DNA of 5,109 bases from a virus, in IMG/VR virus record IMGVR_UViG_3300029794_000105, positions 1 through 5,109 of that record, one strand, 5' to 3'. The notes under the pieces were generated by a model. The model saw only the letters and a program-made list of their open reading frames with translations. It was not told the DNA's origin and made no database searches. Both the position numbers and the translations under genes were made by a program. Below are positions 3,619 to 5,109 of the stretch, in pieces (within the stretch, counting starts at the first letter, position 1; each line of letters begins with the position of its first letter).

Positions 3619-5109
3619 CTAGAAGTGATCGACAAGACCAGGTGTGCCGAACATAGGCATAGGACGCACGGTAGTATAACGGAAGCCTATGTCGAGCAAA
3701 AACTCAGGCTCATCCTGAACAGCGACAATGCGCTTAATAGGTGGATTCTCGGTAATGAATTCCTCATTCAGAGTAGGCGCATTGCTGAAATACTGGGACA
3801 GGTGCCAAACGTCAAGGTTACCATCAACTACAGAACTACGGAATTTCCCGGTAATCTGCGAAGGTTTGTAACGATATTCAGCATAACGCTCCTGGTAACC
3901 GAAAACAGTAGTATCATCTTTAGTACCCTGAGCGTAAATCTCGCGAAGCTCAATAGCCTGTTCACCAAGGTGTGCGAATGTCGGCCAATAGAAATCATAG
4001 ACAGTAGAACGAAGCCACATCTTATTAATGCCTTGTTGATAGGTAAGGTCGGCGCGGGCACAGACGAAGCCTATAATATAGCCGTGTTCGACGAAAGATT
4101 TCGTAAATCCATGGAATCTAGACGCAGTAACACCGTAAGCTGAGAGATTGCCTTGAGGAGAAGTGTTGTCGGTCGCAGAAGTCTGAGCTATTGGGTTGAC
4201 GTTGACCATCTTAGTGAAAGAACCGAGAAACTCAGGGCGCTGAAGACGAGCGTCCGGAGAAACTACACCGAAGAAAGAGCGAAGCACTTCAGTGTACCGA
4301 CTGCCACCGCGAGCAAGGCGCTCGTAGAACTTCTGCATCTGAAAAGCAGTACGAAGACTATTGATAGTGAAAATGCTAGAAGAATCCAAGTCGGCATAAG
4401 CAGATTTAGAAAGCCATGAAGAACCGGGTTGAGCAGTAATAGTAGACACACTAGAATTGTTGATAGAGTGACCAGCTATAGAAACACTATAACCACCTTG
4501 ATACTGTAATGTACCGCTTCCAGTATATACATCATGAACACCGCCATCTTTCGAAAGCTGAGCAGCGCCTAAGCTATTATTAGACTGTTGAACGAAATAG
4601 CCCGAAACAGGCGAAGGGTCAACTAGAGTAGCGGTGCCGGCAAGGCCTATAGATACACCGGGTCCTTTCTGTGTCCAAGGAAGGGCCGAAGTAAAGTAAT
4701 CATGACGCTTGCCGCGAGGTGGGCAAGCAAGACCAGCTACTAAAGTAGTGTCGGAACTGAATACCCATGAAGGCTGATCGGAAGAACGAGAGGAATCCAA
4801 TGCTTCATTGGTATCGCCTTTCTGGATTTTGACAGACTTCTGGAGATTTTCATCTCTGAACCATTCGTTCCAAATGAGGTATACAGCGCGGAATGGAAGA
4901 GCACTAACGGTTAGATTACCAGGCGTATTCACGGGCAAGCCGAAATAGTCCCATAGAGAACCTACGTAATTATTATCGCTGTTAGCAGTAGCAGTAACAG
5001 TAGGGATGACATAATCAGTACTATCGTCAGGGTCTTCCTGTTCGAAACAGAAATTCTGCCAATGGTCCCAAACTAGACGATTCGGGACGAAGAAGAAGAA
5101 CCAGTCGAG
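3619..5109 (-). CDS. VP1: Major capsid protein VP1 (Microviridae F/VP1 family), C-terminal ~496 codons. The ORF runs off the window end and continues at window position 123 downward because the genome is circular
   Basis: Hand translation upstream of the reported TTG at 4938 shows the frame stays open to 5109: ...LDWFFFFVPNRLVWDHWQNFCFEQEDPDDSTDYVIPTVTATANSDNNYVGSLWDYFGLPVNTPGNLTVSALPFRAVYLIWNEWFRDENL... This matches the conserved gokushovirus VP1 block (FFVPNRLxW, DYxGLP, ALPFRAY..NE.FRD). The C-terminus ends ...RYTTVRPMPMFGTPGLVDHF with a TAG stop at 3619-3621. The 4938 start in the ORF track is an artifact of the window edge. Confidence 0.93.
   Translation of the reverse strand, partial: LDWFFFFVPNRLVWDHWQNFCFEQEDPDDSTDYVIPTVTATANSDNNYVGSLWDYFGLPVNTPGNLTVSALPFRAVYLIWNEWFRDENLQKSVKIQKGDTNEALDSSRSSDQPSWVFSSDTTLVAGLACPPRGKRHDYFTSALPWTQKGPGVSIGLAGTATLVDPSPVSGYFVQQSNNSLGAAQLSKDGGVHDVYTGSGTLQYQGGYSVSIAGHSINNSSVSTITAQPGSSWLSKSAYADLDSSSIFTINSLRTAFQMQKFYERLARGGSRYTEVLRSFFGVVSPDARLQRPEFLGSFTKMVNVNPIAQTSATDNTSPQGNLSAYGVTASRFHGFTKSFVEHGYIIGFVCARADLTYQQGINKMWLRSTVYDFYWPTFAHLGEQAIELREIYAQGTKDDTTVFGYQERYAEYRYKPSQITGKFRSSVVDGNLDVWHLSQYFSNAPTLNEEFITENPPIKRIVAVQDEPEFLLDIGFRYTTVRPMPMFGTPGLVDHF
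4987..5109. repeat. Second copy of the terminal redundancy (equals 1..123)
   Basis: Same observation as feature 1..123. Confidence 0.9.

Noticed and set aside
3598-4143. 181-aa plus-strand ORF antisense to VP1
   Set aside because: Antisense to a confidently identified capsid gene, with no motifs and no SD. The other plus-strand ORFs (424..654, 627..932, 1367..1591, 2554..2790, 4153..4419) are rejected for the same reason. The Arg/Ser-rich stretch of 2554..2790 is merely the antisense image of the real Arg-rich micro-ORF.
4981-5003. Short tandem AGCAGT AGCAGT inside VP1 near the window junction
   Set aside because: Only two hexamer copies, in-frame within VP1 (encodes TATA). Trivial.
1-5109. 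Scan for CRISPR arrays, tRNA/rRNA genes, IS or transposon ends, and integrase att sites
   Set aside because: No spaced direct repeats, cloverleaf-compatible segments or terminal inverted repeats beyond those listed. The gene content is fully accounted for by a lytic microvirus.

Overview
This window is a complete, circularly permuted, small ssDNA phage genome of the family Microviridae, most likely Gokushovirinae-like. Bases 1..123 are identical to 4987..5109, so the unit genome is 4986 nt and the window overruns it by 123 nt. Every credible gene lies on the window's minus strand. The displayed strand is therefore the complement of the mRNA-sense, virion strand. In coding sense the order is VP1 major capsid (crosses the window junction), VP2 pilot/minor capsid, a 79-aa single-pass membrane protein, a 36-aa arginine-rich micro-ORF (below the ORF-track threshold; found by hand translation), VP4 rolling-circle replication initiator, two small unknown ORFs of 94 aa and 95 aa (the second strongly acidic), a bidirectional intrinsic terminator, VP3 internal scaffold with a perfect Shine-Dalgarno, and a ~120-nt structured intergenic region before VP1. 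The intergenic region contains a GC-rich imperfect hairpin, an AATATTAAT palindrome, and a TTAACCTAA direct repeat with an inverted repeat. Gene junctions are tightly coupled: there are two ATGA stop/start overlaps and one stop codon sitting inside the next gene's SD. The strong AGGAGG-type SDs imply a host with a canonical anti-SD. No tRNA, rRNA, CRISPR array or transposon is present. All plus-strand ORFs and the alternative-frame ORFs inside the large genes are judged spurious. The items most worth follow-up are the membrane protein as a candidate lysis or entry factor, the hidden Arg-rich protein, the unknown ORF94/ORF95 accessory pair, and the intergenic hairpin plus AATATTAAT motif as a candidate replication origin.
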